A stretch of 64,000 nucleotides of DNA, taken from contig NC_068983.1 of NCBI RefSeq assembly GCF_001194135.2, forward strand, positions 119,939,821-120,003,820. Direction: 5' to 3'. The notes under the pieces are model-generated. The model did no database searches and was not told the origin of the DNA. It saw only the letters and a program-made list of their open reading frames with translations. Of this stretch, positions 1 to 13,020 are shown piece after piece (position 1 is the stretch's first letter; every line of letters starts with the position of its first letter). The DNA is from Octopus bimaculoides. Its lineage: Eukaryota. The translations under genes were made by a program, and so were the position numbers.

Positions 1-651
1 GAGATCTATAGTAGAAGACACTTGCTCATGGCATCATGCAGTAGGAGTAAACTTAAAACCATCTGGTTGCAAAGTGGATTTCTAAACCAAAGCCATTTCT
101 AGCAATGACACATGTTTCCTCCTTGACTTTTAATTAGAAGTTTAACACAGGTTGGATTATTGCAAATTGGTGTTTACTGGAAAGATGTCAAAAAGAGATC
201 ATCATTGTTTTTAATGTCCACTTTTCCATGCATGCATGGGACACATGGAATTGTTGAAGCAAATTTTCAAGCCTTACCTGTTACCAAGCAAAGTGAAATT
301 TCCCATAGCCAAAAATGTTTTTTTTAGAATGTTGGAAACAAACAGCATCACTTGTATGATGGTGACACTCAGTTACAACCATTACATGAAATCAAGAAGA
401 GATTAAATACACACATATTATATATCTTTTATCTTTTACTTGCTTCAGTCATTAGACTGTGACCATGTTGGGGCACTGCCTTGAAGAATTTTTAGCCAAA
501 TGAATTGAGCCCAGTACTTCTTTTTTAAGCCTGTTACTTATTCTATTGATGTCTTTTGCTGAACTGCTAAATTACAGGGACGTAAACACACCAACACCGG
601 TTGTCAAGCAGTAGTGAGGGGGACAAACATGAAGACATATACATAGATATA

Positions 652-1763
652 CACTGAACTGCAAAAGAAACACAGTTTTTTCAAATGTCATTTCTATATG
701 GTAAATTCTGAAAATTTATTTCAGGGATGTAAGTGTAAATATTCCAAGACATCCTGGTTTATGGCTGAGATCCAAATTGCAGGTACCCTTTCAACTTTCC
801 CTGAAACAAGACGCCAAAATGCAGCTGCATTGACTGCTGGGTGGCAGTCGCAAACAATTGTCGTGGAAACTGAAATACACATGCATCTCGTGTAGGTTAT
901 GAGTATAAAAATCAACTTGAACCGCATTCCTGGCTTTCGTAATTTGGACACATCAGGTATGACCCAATTGTCAGCAGCACAGAGAGAACAAGCTATTGGC
1001 CGATTGCAAGCAAGGCAGCATGCCCTGGTTGTTGCGAAAGCTTACAATGTCCATGTCAGCACCATCTATTGCCTGCAACAGCAATACAACACCAACAGCA
1101 CTGCAGACCGTGCTCGCAGAGGGCACCCCCAGGTGACCACGCCCAAGTAGGACTGCTTCATCCACCTGCAACACCTCCGTGATTGCTTCAGACTGGCCAG
1201 CAGGACAGCTTGCAAGACCATTGGCACTGGACAGCAACCCATCAGTGACAACACAGTACTATGTCAACTGGCCGCCAACAACCTGTGTTGCCCTCGACTT
1301 GCTCGAGGGCCTGTCCTCACTGCCCACCACACGACTACAGTGGGCTACATAGCATGACGTTGGTAGCATCAACAATGGGGGTTGAATAGTCTTCTCTGAA
1401 GAGAGCCGGTACTGTGTTTCCACCTCGGATGGCAGAGTGAGGGGGTGAACACTACAGAGATGCATGGGGTGGCCAATGCATCATGGTTTGGGGTGTTATA
1501 GGCCTGAATCAGAGAATTTGGCCCCATGTGTTCCAAAATGTTGATGCAGGCAGAGGGAATGGCATTACAGCACAGCACTTGTTGACCAGATCCTAAGACC
1601 TCATATCATGTCCATCTTTGCACGTCAACATAGCCACGTGTTCCAGCAGGACAATGCTCCCTCCCACATAGCCAGGCTCACTATGGACTTCCTGCATTAG
1701 CACAACATCAGAACCATACTGTGGCTGGCTCTCAGCCTCGATCTGAATCCAACTGAACATCCG
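652..1763 (+). mobile_element. Tc1-family DNA transposon with transposase pseudogene, 3' truncated
   Basis: Starts TA|CACTG. ATG at 959 begins an HTH region; then IVFSEESRY (about 1388), GGQCIMVWG, FQQDNAPSH (about 1641) and a degenerate W.A.S.DLNPTEH, with stops and frameshifts. Confidence 0.9.
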
Positions 1764-2372
1764 TACTTATTCTATTAATCTCTGAACCATTAAGTTACGG
1801 AGATGTAAATAAACCAACATTGACACATGCACACATGTATAAACGACGAGCTTCTGTTAGTTTCCGTATACCAAATCCAATCACATAGACAGAGTGACAA
1901 ACAGATAAACAGACCCTCATCTTTCAGTATCTTTCAATCGAATCTATTCACAAAGCTTTGGTTGGCCCAAGGTGCTGTACAGTAGGGCTGAACCCAAAAC
2001 CATATAGTCAGGAAGTAAATTTCTTAACCACACAGCCAAGGGATTTGTGTAATGGATCAGAAATTAAGATATGAGTTCAAGCAAGAAGAGGTAATGTGTC
2101 ATAGAATGGACTCTGACAGGAAAAGGTAATGAGTTATAGTAGTATAGGTCCTGATTAATAAGTGGAAGCATGTTATTGTGAAGATTCTAGCAGGAAGAGA
2201 GAATGTATCAAGAGTGTGATGGTAATGGTTGTTTAACCCCAGATCAGCTCTGACCAATGGTGAAAAGCATTCTAATAGTGTAGATGTAGTGTATTTAGGC
2301 CTACATTATTTAATGTGCATCTCTTTTTAAGATAATAGGGAACAATATAAGGATGATCTAGCTTACTATTTC

Positions 2373-2610
2373 TTATTTCTTATTTCTTTATTGCTCACAA
2401 GGAGCTAAACATAGAGGGGACAAACAAGGACAGACTAAGGGACTAAGTCAATTACATCGACCCCAGTGCATAACTGGTACTTAATTTATCGACCCCGAAA
2501 GGATGAAAGGCAAAGTTGACCTCGGTGGAATTTGAACTCAGAACGTAACGGCAGACGAAATACTGCTAAGCATTTCGCCCGGCAGGGTAACGTTTCTGCC
2601 AGCTCGCCAC
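2373..2610 (-). mobile_element. Young tRNA-derived SINE (type A tail) with 11-bp target-site duplication
   Basis: Head ggcgagctggcagaaacg, B-box-like gagttcaaattcc, body gcctttcatcctttcggggtcgataaa (recalled as Meta-type, unverified). TSD cttactatttc at 2362-2372 and 2611-2621. Confidence 0.9.
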
Positions 2611-2621
2611 CTTACTATTTC

Positions 2622-3160
2622 ATCATCATCATCATCGTTTAACGTCCGCTTTCCATGCTAGCATGGGTTGGACGATTTGACTGAGGACTGGTGCAACCGG
2701 ATGGCTACACCAGGCTCCAATCTAATTTGGCAGAGTTTCTACAGCTGGATGCCCTTCCTAACGCCAACCACTCAGAGAGTGTAGTNNNNNNNNNNNNNNN
2801 NNNNNNNNNNNNNNNNNNNNNNNNNNNNNNNNNNNNNNNNNNNNNNNNNNNNNNNCGCACAAGAGCCAGTCCAGGGGCACTGGCAACGATCTCGCTCGAA
2901 AACCCTACAAGGCCAGTCAGGCGGTACTGGCAACGGTCACGCTCAGGATGGTACATCTTATGTGCCACCCGCACAAGAGCCAGTCCAGGGGCACTGGCAA
3001 CGATCTCACTTGGCTTGCCGGGTCTTCTCACGCACAGCACATTTCCAAAGGTCTCGGTCAGTAGTCATCGCCTCGGTGAGGCCCAATGTTCGAAGGTCTT
3101 GCCTCACCACCTCAGCCCAGGTCTTCCTGGGCCTACCTCTTCCACGGGTTCCCAGGTCGA
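2622..3160 (-). mobile_element. 5'-truncated RTE-clade LINE: ORF2 C-terminus, 3' UTR and (GAT)n tail
   Basis: Minus strand reads GTRGRGRPRKTWAEVVRQDLRTLGLTEAMTTDRDLWKCAVREKTRQAK*, then a UTR with tandem units spanning an N gap and a microsatellite tail. Confidence 0.85.
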
Positions 3161-3295
3161 GCAACCACATACAAGCTCCCTCATTAGGTTGTGAGTGTTG
3201 TTAAGTAATGAGACATAACTGTAATTTTGAAAAGCAGATGAGGTTTTAATAAATTGTAAAAGTGGCTTGGAATTTAGTGATGTGTTACCACTTAC

Positions 3296-3412
3296 CTGAA
3301 TACAGAGCGGTCGATAACTTTTAGTAGACAAATCTTTTAAATGTGAGGGGTAACGCTTGAAGTCAAAAGGAGTCAGAATACACGATTTGGTGTTGTTACA
3401 GTGTTTCTTTAG
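3296..3412 (-). CDS. Second coding exon of gene 1 (LKKHCNNTKSCILTPFDFKRYPSHLKDLSTKSYRPLCIQ)
   Basis: Acceptor gttttcttctag, donor CAG|gtaagt, 117 nt, phase 0/0, no stop. The FDFKRYPSHL..L..KSYRPL motif matches the DUF1647 pattern F....YP......Y.FKP. Confidence 0.9.
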
Positions 3413-5580
3413 CTAGAAGAAAACACACAAATGAAAAAAGGGTATTTAAGTAGATGAAATAAATAACATGGCTAAGATAAAACATCTTGATTGAGTTAAA
3501 TACAATTGTCTTAAGATAGAAGTATCTCACTGAGATAATTGTTCACAAAATCATTATGTTGTCTAAAAAGAAGAGGAAGTGTAATTAAAGTTTCTGGTTT
3601 AAACACTTGAAATTTCATTTGCTTAAAATAATTTTTGTATTTTATACCTTAGTGGCTAAGGTCAAGCAACCAACAAGCAAATCTGTGGTATTGAGCAATC
3701 TGTCTAACATGTAATGAAAAATAAGTCAGTTTCAAAACATGGATGTTCAGGTCACAAAAGCAAAGTTTGAAGGGAATAGTAGTGATTTCCTTTGATTTCT
3801 GGATAGAAGCAAATGGGAAATAACACTTACAAAGACAAAAAAAATAATAAAAATTTTGTTACACAGTGTAATATTTGCAGGAACTATCAAATTGCTGAGA
3901 TTGATGTTTTCTTTGAATTCTTACATAAGAGTGTCTACAGCAAAATAATGGTCAGGAGAGGATGTTTCTAATGATTTTCAGCTATGAAGAGAGGAAGCAT
4001 ATGGAGCTTTGAAAGGTGATATACAGTAAGGATGATAAGAAGAAGATGGTTGAGAAAATCAATTAAACTTGAAAAGACACTAAGTTCATCCTTCATAGTG
4101 GAAAGCAGATATATCCACTCCAAATTTCCTCACCCTTAACTGTAGAAAATAATTTTATATACGATCTTCTATAGTTGAGAAATGTCATGTCTGAAACTAT
4201 TTTCAGTTGAGATATGTTGAGTTTACTGGGACAACATGACTCAATGAAAATACCAACTCTGTTTTTTGGTAGATATTTTTCATTACTGGTTTAACCATGA
4301 AATTTAATTTCACAGTTAAAGGATTAAAGTGTGAATGATATTTTTTGAAAAGATTAGCACCACGACACCCATCTTGATGAGTTCTATCATATGAGGTAAA
4401 AAAAATTTTTAGGCATTACCACATTTTTCGGCACATTTGGCCCCAGTAGTTTTTTTTATATTTTAAAATGTTTTTTGATGTAATTGGCATCATCGGATTC
4501 CTCTAATGGAGATCTATCAGAAAAGTTGAATTTAAATATAGTTTTCTTTCGAAATAAGAATAATATTTGGAGTCAAAGTTGATTTCAGGCGTCAATTCCC
4601 CCCCCCCCCTTTTTACCCCAGTGCTTGTTTTCTACTGAATATTTTTGCATATAAGTAACATGGATAGATTCTTCTTGCCAAGATCTATCATATAAGTTAA
4701 AATAAAATATAGATTTCTTTAAAAAAAAAAAATTTAGACTCAAAGTCAATTTCAGGCATTATTCTCCCGTTTTTGACTTTACATATTTTACTGAAACTTT
4801 TTCCTACTGAAGCAATTTTCAGATTTTGTAGCTGAAAATGCAGCTTAGGATGTGACCAATCTAAAAATGTAAACATCATCTAATTTGGTTAGAAACTGAA
4901 TTAGTGGACAAAGCCTAGAAGTGCACAAGTGAGTAAATGTTGACCTTAAGAATATTATTCACACACTACCGTGTGTGTGAATCACACACACACACACACA
5001 TGGTTCTTACTAATATTCATGCTACTTTTACCAAACCCACAAGTCTAACCTGGTTTTCAAACAACATATTTTCAGCAAGATCAGGGATAGAACTAATTCT
5101 GAATTTTTTAAGACTTCACAATAAATATTTCTGACATTTTTCCCAAGTTTTTCGTCACCCATTCACATACTTGTGGAATAGAAATCTTTTATATACTTGT
5201 ATTTTTATTGCTCGTTTTGATAATACTCATTGTTATAAGATGCATATATTATGATAAACATCAAATATGTGACAAAAGATTTCAGACAAAGGACATTAAA
5301 ATAAAAATAATAATAAAGCTGAAGTGAAGAACAAGTATATATGTGGTTAACAAGTGTGTGGTTAACTGGCAAAAATATGACTCTCCACAAATAGAACAAC
5401 ATGTTTCAACATACAATTTCATATCAGAAACCTTGCAAAAGAAATACATAAACATAGAAAAATAATTCTTTCTAATAAAAGTAAGTATAATAATGATAAT
5501 GATGATGATGATTAAGTAAATAATATTGCAGCATTATGGAGTTGGTAGTTTATGGTTCTATGTAAACATGAGCTTATCAG

Positions 5581-5962
5581 ATATCTTTTATTTTTCACTT
5601 GCTTCAGTCATTAGACTGTAGCCATGCTGGGGCACCACCTAAAAGAATTTTTAGTTGAATGAATTAACCCCAGGATTTATTTTTTGTTAAGCCTGCTACT
5701 TATTCTATCAATCTCTTTTGCCAAACTGCTAAGTTATAGGGACATAAACACACTACCACCAGTTGTCAAGCAGTGGTAGGAAACAAACACACACACACAT
5801 ATATATATTTGATGAGCTTCTTTCAGTTTCTATCTACCAAATCCATTCACAAGGCTTTGGTTGGTCCTGAGGCTATAGTAAAAAACACTTGCCCAAGGTG
5901 CCACTCAGTGGGACTGAACTAGGAACCATGTGGTTGGGAAACAAGCTTCTTACCACACAGCT
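5581..5962 (-). mobile_element. tRNA-derived CORE-type SINE, CpG-decayed copy
   Basis: A/B-box-like head, CORE-like ccttgggcaagtg, central (TA/CA)n and the family 3' tail. Other copies lie at about 425-645, 16950-17150, 23583-23730, 25425-25775, 31886-32155, 53675-53975 and 59275-59680. Confidence 0.85.
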
Positions 5963-6527
5963 TTGGCCTTTGCCAATAGCTCATTTTGCATATAAAACCT
6001 GAGATTATTGTTAGAGATATTTTTTTTAAATAGGAAAAATGGGCCTTATATGCCAACAAATTCAGTACACAGAGGATTCAACAAGTTTTAATTTTCCTAT
6101 CCTTATATGCTTTCAGGATTTCAGGCTAGACCTTGAAAACAACAGAAATTAGTAAGAAAAACCCACTAGGCATATACTAACCAAGGTTATTTATGTCCAC
6201 TTTTTGTCAAAATCATTCACATATCAAATATGTCACACCATTAGAGTCCTAACTCCATCACTAACTATACATGCCTTTCATGAGTTTATTGAACGACAAG
6301 ATATTTCTTTACAAAAAAAATTCAAATTTTTTTAAACTTTATATATTTTAAGTTGTCCAATAAAAGATTTGAAACATCTGTTATGGTTCTTGATGAAGCT
6401 GAGTGAAGTTCTTTTTTTTCTTCTTTAAGTTAAAAATTAAAAATGAGAAAGAGATAAACATACAAAATGATAAACTTATAATAAACATAACAAAGAAACC
6501 AAATATTAAGTACTTTCAAAAACTCAC

Positions 6528-6998
6528 CATGACATTTTCTGAAGAATCTATATCCAGGTCATATAAAATCAATAGACTATGAGGTAAATAACGATGTACT
6601 GACTCCAGCAAGTCTATGACTTGTTTATATTGACCAGGCTCAACACCGCTAGCAATGACAGGTAAATTAACATTCTCCTTGCTAGGAAATCGTTCATCAT
6701 CTTCTCGTCGACTACTGCTGCCATCTCGAAAGCCAAGTAACTCTAAATACTCAGGATCAACATCATCCAACTCTTTTGCATGTTTGATGCTTGAAGGTAA
6801 ATTCTTGATGCTGTTGATGTGTTTGTTTGTTTCTTTAACGATGGTTTGAAAATTAGGTGTTGGGTTACTCAGCAGCCAAATGGCCACTATAGTAGAAGCG
6901 GCAAAAAGAATTACAAGATAGAAATTTTTCGTCTTCATGGGATCCAAAAGGAAACTTCCCTTTTTTGCATGAAGGCTATCAGATAATGGAAATTTCAT
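6528..6998 (-). CDS. First coding exon of gene 1, a DUF1647-like type II membrane protein (start at 6998 or, more likely, MKTK at 6938)
   Basis: The ORF has an N-terminal hydrophobic anchor (FYLVILFAASTIVAIWLL), a stem, then PVIASGV...LLESVHRYLPH..LILYDLDI. Acceptor ttttctttttcag|CT puts the exon start at 7082. Donor ATG|gtgagt at 6528 is phase 0 and joins the next exon in frame. The family call comes from my recall of the PF07801 consensus. Confidence 0.85.
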
Positions 6999-7497
6999 GA
7001 GTGCATTCAGTAATCCAAAAGGGAGAAAAAAAGCCAGTTCAGTGTTGAAGATAATTCATATTTTTGTCGTAGAAATAATCAGCTGAAAAAGAAAAGAAAA
7101 TATTAATACAATATCAATATTTATTTTGATATTAACAGATGAAGCATGGCTGTATGGTTAAGAAGTTTGCTTCCCAACCATGAAGCTAGGGGTTCAGTGT
7201 AGATTTAGCAGATGAAAGCTGAAAGAAGCTTGTTGTATATAAATATTTGCATATCTGTGTGCATGTATGTGTTTGTGAAAGTGAGTTCGTATTTCCCTCT
7301 CATCTTCATACATATTTGCTGATTGCAAACAAGCACTTCACTGTTCACATAGACAGTGTCCTTTGCTTGCAATCTATTGTGAAACCATGTCCAGGCTTTT
7401 TGACTTGTGGCATGATCTTTGTAAACAAAAGGCTCATTCAAAGTGTCATTTGTTGCAAATTCTCTATGCAGCCATGTCCAGACTGTTTGTTACTTAA

Positions 7498-7936
7498 CCC
7501 TTTAGCATTTAAACCAGCCATATCTGGCCAAAAGTATTCTGCCTGTTTTATGTCCAAATTGGCCAGATCTGGTCTCCCACACCAACCCTACAATGTTGTT
7601 CTAAAAATTAAATGACCTCATCAAAATCTCAAAGCTACAAGATAATGCATAATTCAAAACAATGTAAATAAAGAAGTAATAGTTTTGGCAGAATAGTGTG
7701 AACACTAAAAGGTTAACCCTTTAGTATCCAAACTGGCCATATCTGGCCCAAATATTCATCCTGCTTTATGTTCAAACTAGCTAGATCTGACCTCTCACAC
7801 CTGCCTTACAATGTCATTCTAAAAATAAGCAATCGCATCACCAAAATCTCAAAGCTATGAGATAATATTTGATTAATTCAAAACAATGTGAGTAGATAAG
7901 CACCACATTTGATAGAATAATCTGAATGCTAAAGGG
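7498..7936. mobile_element. Head-to-tail dimer of a ~215-bp TTAA (piggyBac-like) MITE
   Basis: TTAA|ccctttag...ctaaaagg|TTAA|ccctttag...ctaaaggg|TTAA, with TTAA at 7494, 7713 and 7937. Confidence 0.85.
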
Positions 7937-9617
7937 TTAATAGATAGAGCAATTATTTTCTTGCTTGGAAATAAAGGATGGGGGTGCCAGTAAGGACATC
8001 TGGCCACAGAAACTCTGCCCTAATGTACTCTTGCCTGTCACATTCAAGCACAGAAAAGTAGATGATAAAATGAAGACGCAGTATGACTACAACTGAATGA
8101 CTGAAATTATCAGTAGATAGCAGAAAAACTTTCTCAGACATCTGGTATGTATTCCCAACAGTTAGTAATCTTATGCATGTAGAATAAAGGGTTATGAGCG
8201 GTTAGTCTACCTATACAATCAAGATAATTGATGCTCTAAAAATATTACGCTTCTAAGCAGATGATATATTTAAAAGTATTTATTCTGACAGTTTTAAATG
8301 CAAATATCCAAATTTCTAAATTGTGTCACATTCTTTCAGGGATTATTTTTCTTTTTAATCTTGAGAAAACAGAAGAAAATTAAAATATAAGATCACATTG
8401 TTTCAAACAAAACTAATATTAATGTTGATTTTTCTTTGAACAAATATAACATAGCTATTTTAAAACATGTAGCATTGAAACTGAAAGAATGGACAATGAA
8501 AATGCAAAACATTCTTGTCTTTTAGAAAAGCTGAATCAAATTTATGGTAATATACCCAATTTCTAAGCACAACAGTTCAACCATTCATAACAGATTCTAG
8601 AGATAAACACAATGAAATCAGTCTTAAAAAAAGCTATCTCCAGTTCCTAAATCTACATCTAAGTAATAGTGATAAAATCTATAATCAAGGGCTAGTCATC
8701 AAAGTCATCTAAATAAATATCAGACAGCTAATAAATATCACTATCATTTTTAACATTCACTTTTCCATACTAACCCTCACCGATTTCCAAGCAAAGTAAT
8801 ATCTCCCTTGGTCAATCAAAAAAGAATAGCCTGGACATGCTTCCATCGAGAATTGGAAACATATGACAGTCTGTATGAATGGTGAGTATTTTAGTTTTCA
8901 ATCAGTGTGCACATGTCAAAACAAATGGAACACATACACACAGACATATATATATATATATCTTGATAATACTAAAATTCTAGAGATGTTTGTGTGTACC
9001 CGAAATATCTAAGAAATAGTATATTTTATCTTAATTTGTTTTTGCATATTTATTTTCATACTTGCCTTCAGTAGTGCAGTACAAATTTTTGTGATATTTG
9101 GGACTATTTATTAAGGAAAACGATAAACACAATTTTTGCTGTGATGTCAACACGCATACACACAATACAGAACACACACACATATAATGAATGTCATGGC
9201 ATGTTAATCAATACAAACACACATCTATTATCTGTGACATATACACACACATAGTCTTCGACTTGCTAAGAAAAGAAAACATCAACTTTTTAACGTACAC
9301 AATATTTTAATCATTAGAAATATTTTAAACTGAATGTGATTTCAAAAATGTAAGTTGTTTGTACAGTAAGTATTTATATTTTAGTTTTCTTTAAACAGAC
9401 ATTACTTTAATGCTTTTTTTAAAACTATTTTCAAGTGAATGGTGATCTTTTGCTTATCATCCGGAGTTCGTTAATTTCCGTAAAAAAATTTGATTTATTT
9501 ACTTTTGTTTTAAAGAGAAAGTGAAAGATGTATGTACATGTATATGAAATGGATGTGTGAGTGTGAAAGAGAGAGAGAGTATGTGAAGGGGTGTGTCATC
9601 ATGTATACGTACATACA

Positions 9618-11036
9618 TCTACTACATATGTAGGAAATTCTGTCTGTGGATGTGTTTGTGGAGTTGTTAGCTAACTCCTACATCGTTTTATCGATTTTGG
9701 TGAAACTTGACATGAGTAGAACTCATGTTTGGAAACCTCATGAGATACTCAGATTGTTGAAAAAAAATCGATAATAGGATCCTTATATACATCTAATATA
9801 TTTCATTTTCACAGCCAAGGGAAATAACCCATTCAGCCAGATTTTAACAGCCAAAGGAAATAACCCATTCATTTTCCTAAATCATTTGGTATAAATCAAA
9901 CTGAGTATGCTTATTTCGTCGTATTTGAACTGTTAGAGTTATTTTCGCAATTTATCCAGTACAACCCTTAAACAAGTAAATAATATTTCCTAAACAATAG
10001 ATCCATTTATTTCGGTTAGTGACTTATTCATGAATATACCAACACTAGCACTGCTGAGGGTAATATTCTCTGGGAACGCACAAAAGCCCTTTTCAGAGTT
10101 ATTTACTTTGAATTGTTATCTCAAATCCGATTGGCCTGTTATTACATAACATGCTTCATGATTTTAGTATACATACCTTATTAATATTTCCTCCTAAGTT
10201 CTATATACTCTGAGAATGTATTAAAGCCCTTTTCGGGGCTACTTTATTTGAATTCTTACTATCGAGTAACTAATTTCATGTTATTACATAACTGACTTCA
10301 CAATTTGGGTGTTCATAACTTATTGGGAATTCCTAAAAACAAGATCCTGTGTAAGATAGTTTGGTATTCTCTGTAAATGCACGAAAATTGTTTTAAGGGT
10401 TACATACTTTGTATTGTTGTTATTGGATTAGTGAAACAAATTATGAGAACAGAACCAAGGGATAAGTCCCGCTTTCCCGGGAATTACTGGGTACGTCAGC
10501 ATATGTGTGTGTGAGAGAGAGATTGAGTGAGTGAACGTGTGTGTTCTCATGTATGTTTAAGTGGCACTCTCTCTCTCTCTCACTCTTACACACACACATC
10601 CATACATCTTTCACTTTAAAACAAAAGTGAATAAATAAAAATTCTTTATGGAAATTAACGAACAAAACCAGTTGATCCGGATGACATTTCTGAGAGTCAA
10701 AGTGAAAGATTGCCCCAAGGAAATATCATTACAAAGCATTTTTCAAGAGCATTCAGCATTTCTCAGCTCCAAGGATTTGACTGCTGTTTCTAGCACGCTC
10801 TGCTACCATGTAAAGCTATTTGCGATAAAGGACCCAAAATACCTGTTATGTGGTAGCAGGGCGTACAAGAAATAGCAGTCAAATCTTTCCTTTTCTGGAG
10901 AAAGGAGCAGTTTACGCGTGATTTCGATGTCACATTCGTTGAAAGTATGCGAAACCTGCAAAAGAAAAACAACCCATGAAACAAAATTCCGTTGCTGGGA
11001 AACTCAAACTTTCCAGGTGAACCAATGGGTCACTAG
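9618..11036 (+). mobile_element. Possible non-autonomous Helitron-like element
   Basis: A|TC 5' end followed by gtctgt/gtttgt, CTAG|T 3' end with a weak hairpin, and internal short duplications (9822-9875; 10083 versus 10223). No coding evidence. Confidence 0.35.
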
Positions 11037-11860
11037 TAGTCTAATCTAGTATATATATATATATNNNNNNNNNNNNNNNNNNNNNNNNNNNNNNNNNNNN
11101 NNNNNNNNNNNNNNNNNNNNNNNNNNNNNNNNNNNNNNNNNNNNNNNNNNNNNNNNNNNNNNNNNNNNNNNNNNNNNNNNNNNNNNNNNNNNNNNNNNNN
11201 NNNNNNNNNNNNNNNNNNNNNNNNNNNNNNNNNNNNNNNNNNNNNNNNNNNNNNNNNNNNNNNNNNNNNNNNNNNNNNNNNNNNNNNCCATATAGAAGGA
11301 ATGAGCCTGTGTTTGAGACTAAAAATCCTGCCTCTGCGATGGATTGCCTTTTGGTACTAACAATGCTTCTGTTGCTAATAATTATATATACACACACACA
11401 CATCAAAGCAGACATAGCCAATACCGGTGCCATGTAAAAGACACCCGTTCCAACCTATAAAGTAGTTGGTGTTAGGAAGGGCATCCAACCATAAAAACCA
11501 TGCCAAAGCAGACCTTGTCAATGCTGGTGATAAGTAAAAAGCACCCAGTCCACACTGTAAAGTGACTGGTGTTAAGAAGAGCATCCAGCCGTAAAAACCA
11601 TACCAAAGTAGACAGTGGAGCTTGGTGCAGTCCTCTGCTTTACCAGCTCCTGTCTAACCTTCCAGCATCTGTCAGCATAGAAGACAGACATAGAAGATGA
11701 TGATCATCATCATATATGTGCGTGTGTATACACACACACACACACACACAATGTATGTATTTGTTTCTTTGTGCTTGTTTCACACTAATCAAGCAGAGTG
11801 AGTTTGTCTATGTCCCATACCATTCAGCTAAAAGAAACCAATGGAACAAGTAAAAAAATA

Positions 11861-12195
11861 AGTTCCACTGCGTGGCACCTTGGGCAAGTGTCTTCTACTA
11901 TAGCCTCAGGCCGACCAAAGCCTTGTGAGTGGATTTGGTAGACAGATACTGAAAGAAGCCCGCTGTATCCGTGTGTGTGTGTGTGTGAGTGCATATTTGT
12001 GTGTCTGTATTTGTACCCCCCAACATCGCTTGCCAACCAATGCTGGTGTGTTTACATCCCTGTAACTTAGCGGTTTGGCAAAAGAGACTGATAGAATAAG
12101 TACTAGGCTTACAAAGACTAAGTCCTGGGGTCAATTTGCTCGACTAAAGATGGTGCTCCAGTATGGCCGCAGTCAAATGACAAACAAGTAAAAGA
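11861..12195 (+). mobile_element. CORE-type SINE, younger copy with a truncated head
   Basis: gcgtggcaccttgggcaagtgtcttctactatagcc...gaaagaagcccg, (GT)n, and a tail ending aaacaagtaaaag. CpGs are largely retained. Confidence 0.85.
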
Positions 12196-12689
12196 ATATG
12201 AATAGCAACATATAAAATAAAAGTAAGATTCATTTCACACTCAATCTATTTACTTTTGCTCTCAGTCCACCAACATTCTCTTTCAACTACAATTCCTGCT
12301 CCACTGTATCATGCCCAATCCTATAAAATGCACTTAATTCTCCAACTTCAACTTATCATACATACTGTTTCTCACATGCCTGGCACCATTCCAAATATAT
12401 TCACCTGATCCTTCCATCCCCAAATTACAAAACCTCTCAAATTCTTATTACTTTTTTGTCCCCACTAACAAACAACCTGTAAAAGCAGAAGCTAAACATC
12501 AAATGCATCAAAACTAACTAATTTATGTTCTAAGTTCACATTCTGCCAGGGCCACCATCAACTTATCTACTTCCAAAGCCAATAAAATATCAATAATATA
12601 CTAGGGTCAGTCCAAATTGAGTTACTGCCAGAACATGCAAAGGTAATGGGAACTGTTTTCTCAAACTAAATAAAGTATGTATGTATATT

Positions 12690-13020
12690 TGGTTGTTGAG
12701 AAAGTTCTGAGCATTTTTAAGCTAAATCTTTTAACGCTTCATTGAACACACCTGAAACATAACAAAGTTAAAATTTTGGCACTGCTTGAAGTGATAGTGC
12801 ATCTCTTCTTTGTTCCGATTACTTTTTATTGACATTTGAAATAGATAACCAGAAGTTTCATATATGTGTTGTAATGCTTTTCTTTTTCAAAAAAAGAAGA
12901 AAATGTTGCAAAGACTTGCAAAAACATTTGTGAAGTTTATCATGATGATGTTGTAGGTGGATCAACTGTTCAAAGGTGGTTTGCAAAATTTAAAGCTGGA
13001 GAGTTTAGCTTGGAAGATGA
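12690..13020 (+). mobile_element. Mariner fragment (N-terminal HTH)
   Basis: Translates to NVAKTCKNICEVYHDDVVGGSTVQRWFAKFKAGEFSLED at about 12900-13018. Confidence 0.75.
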
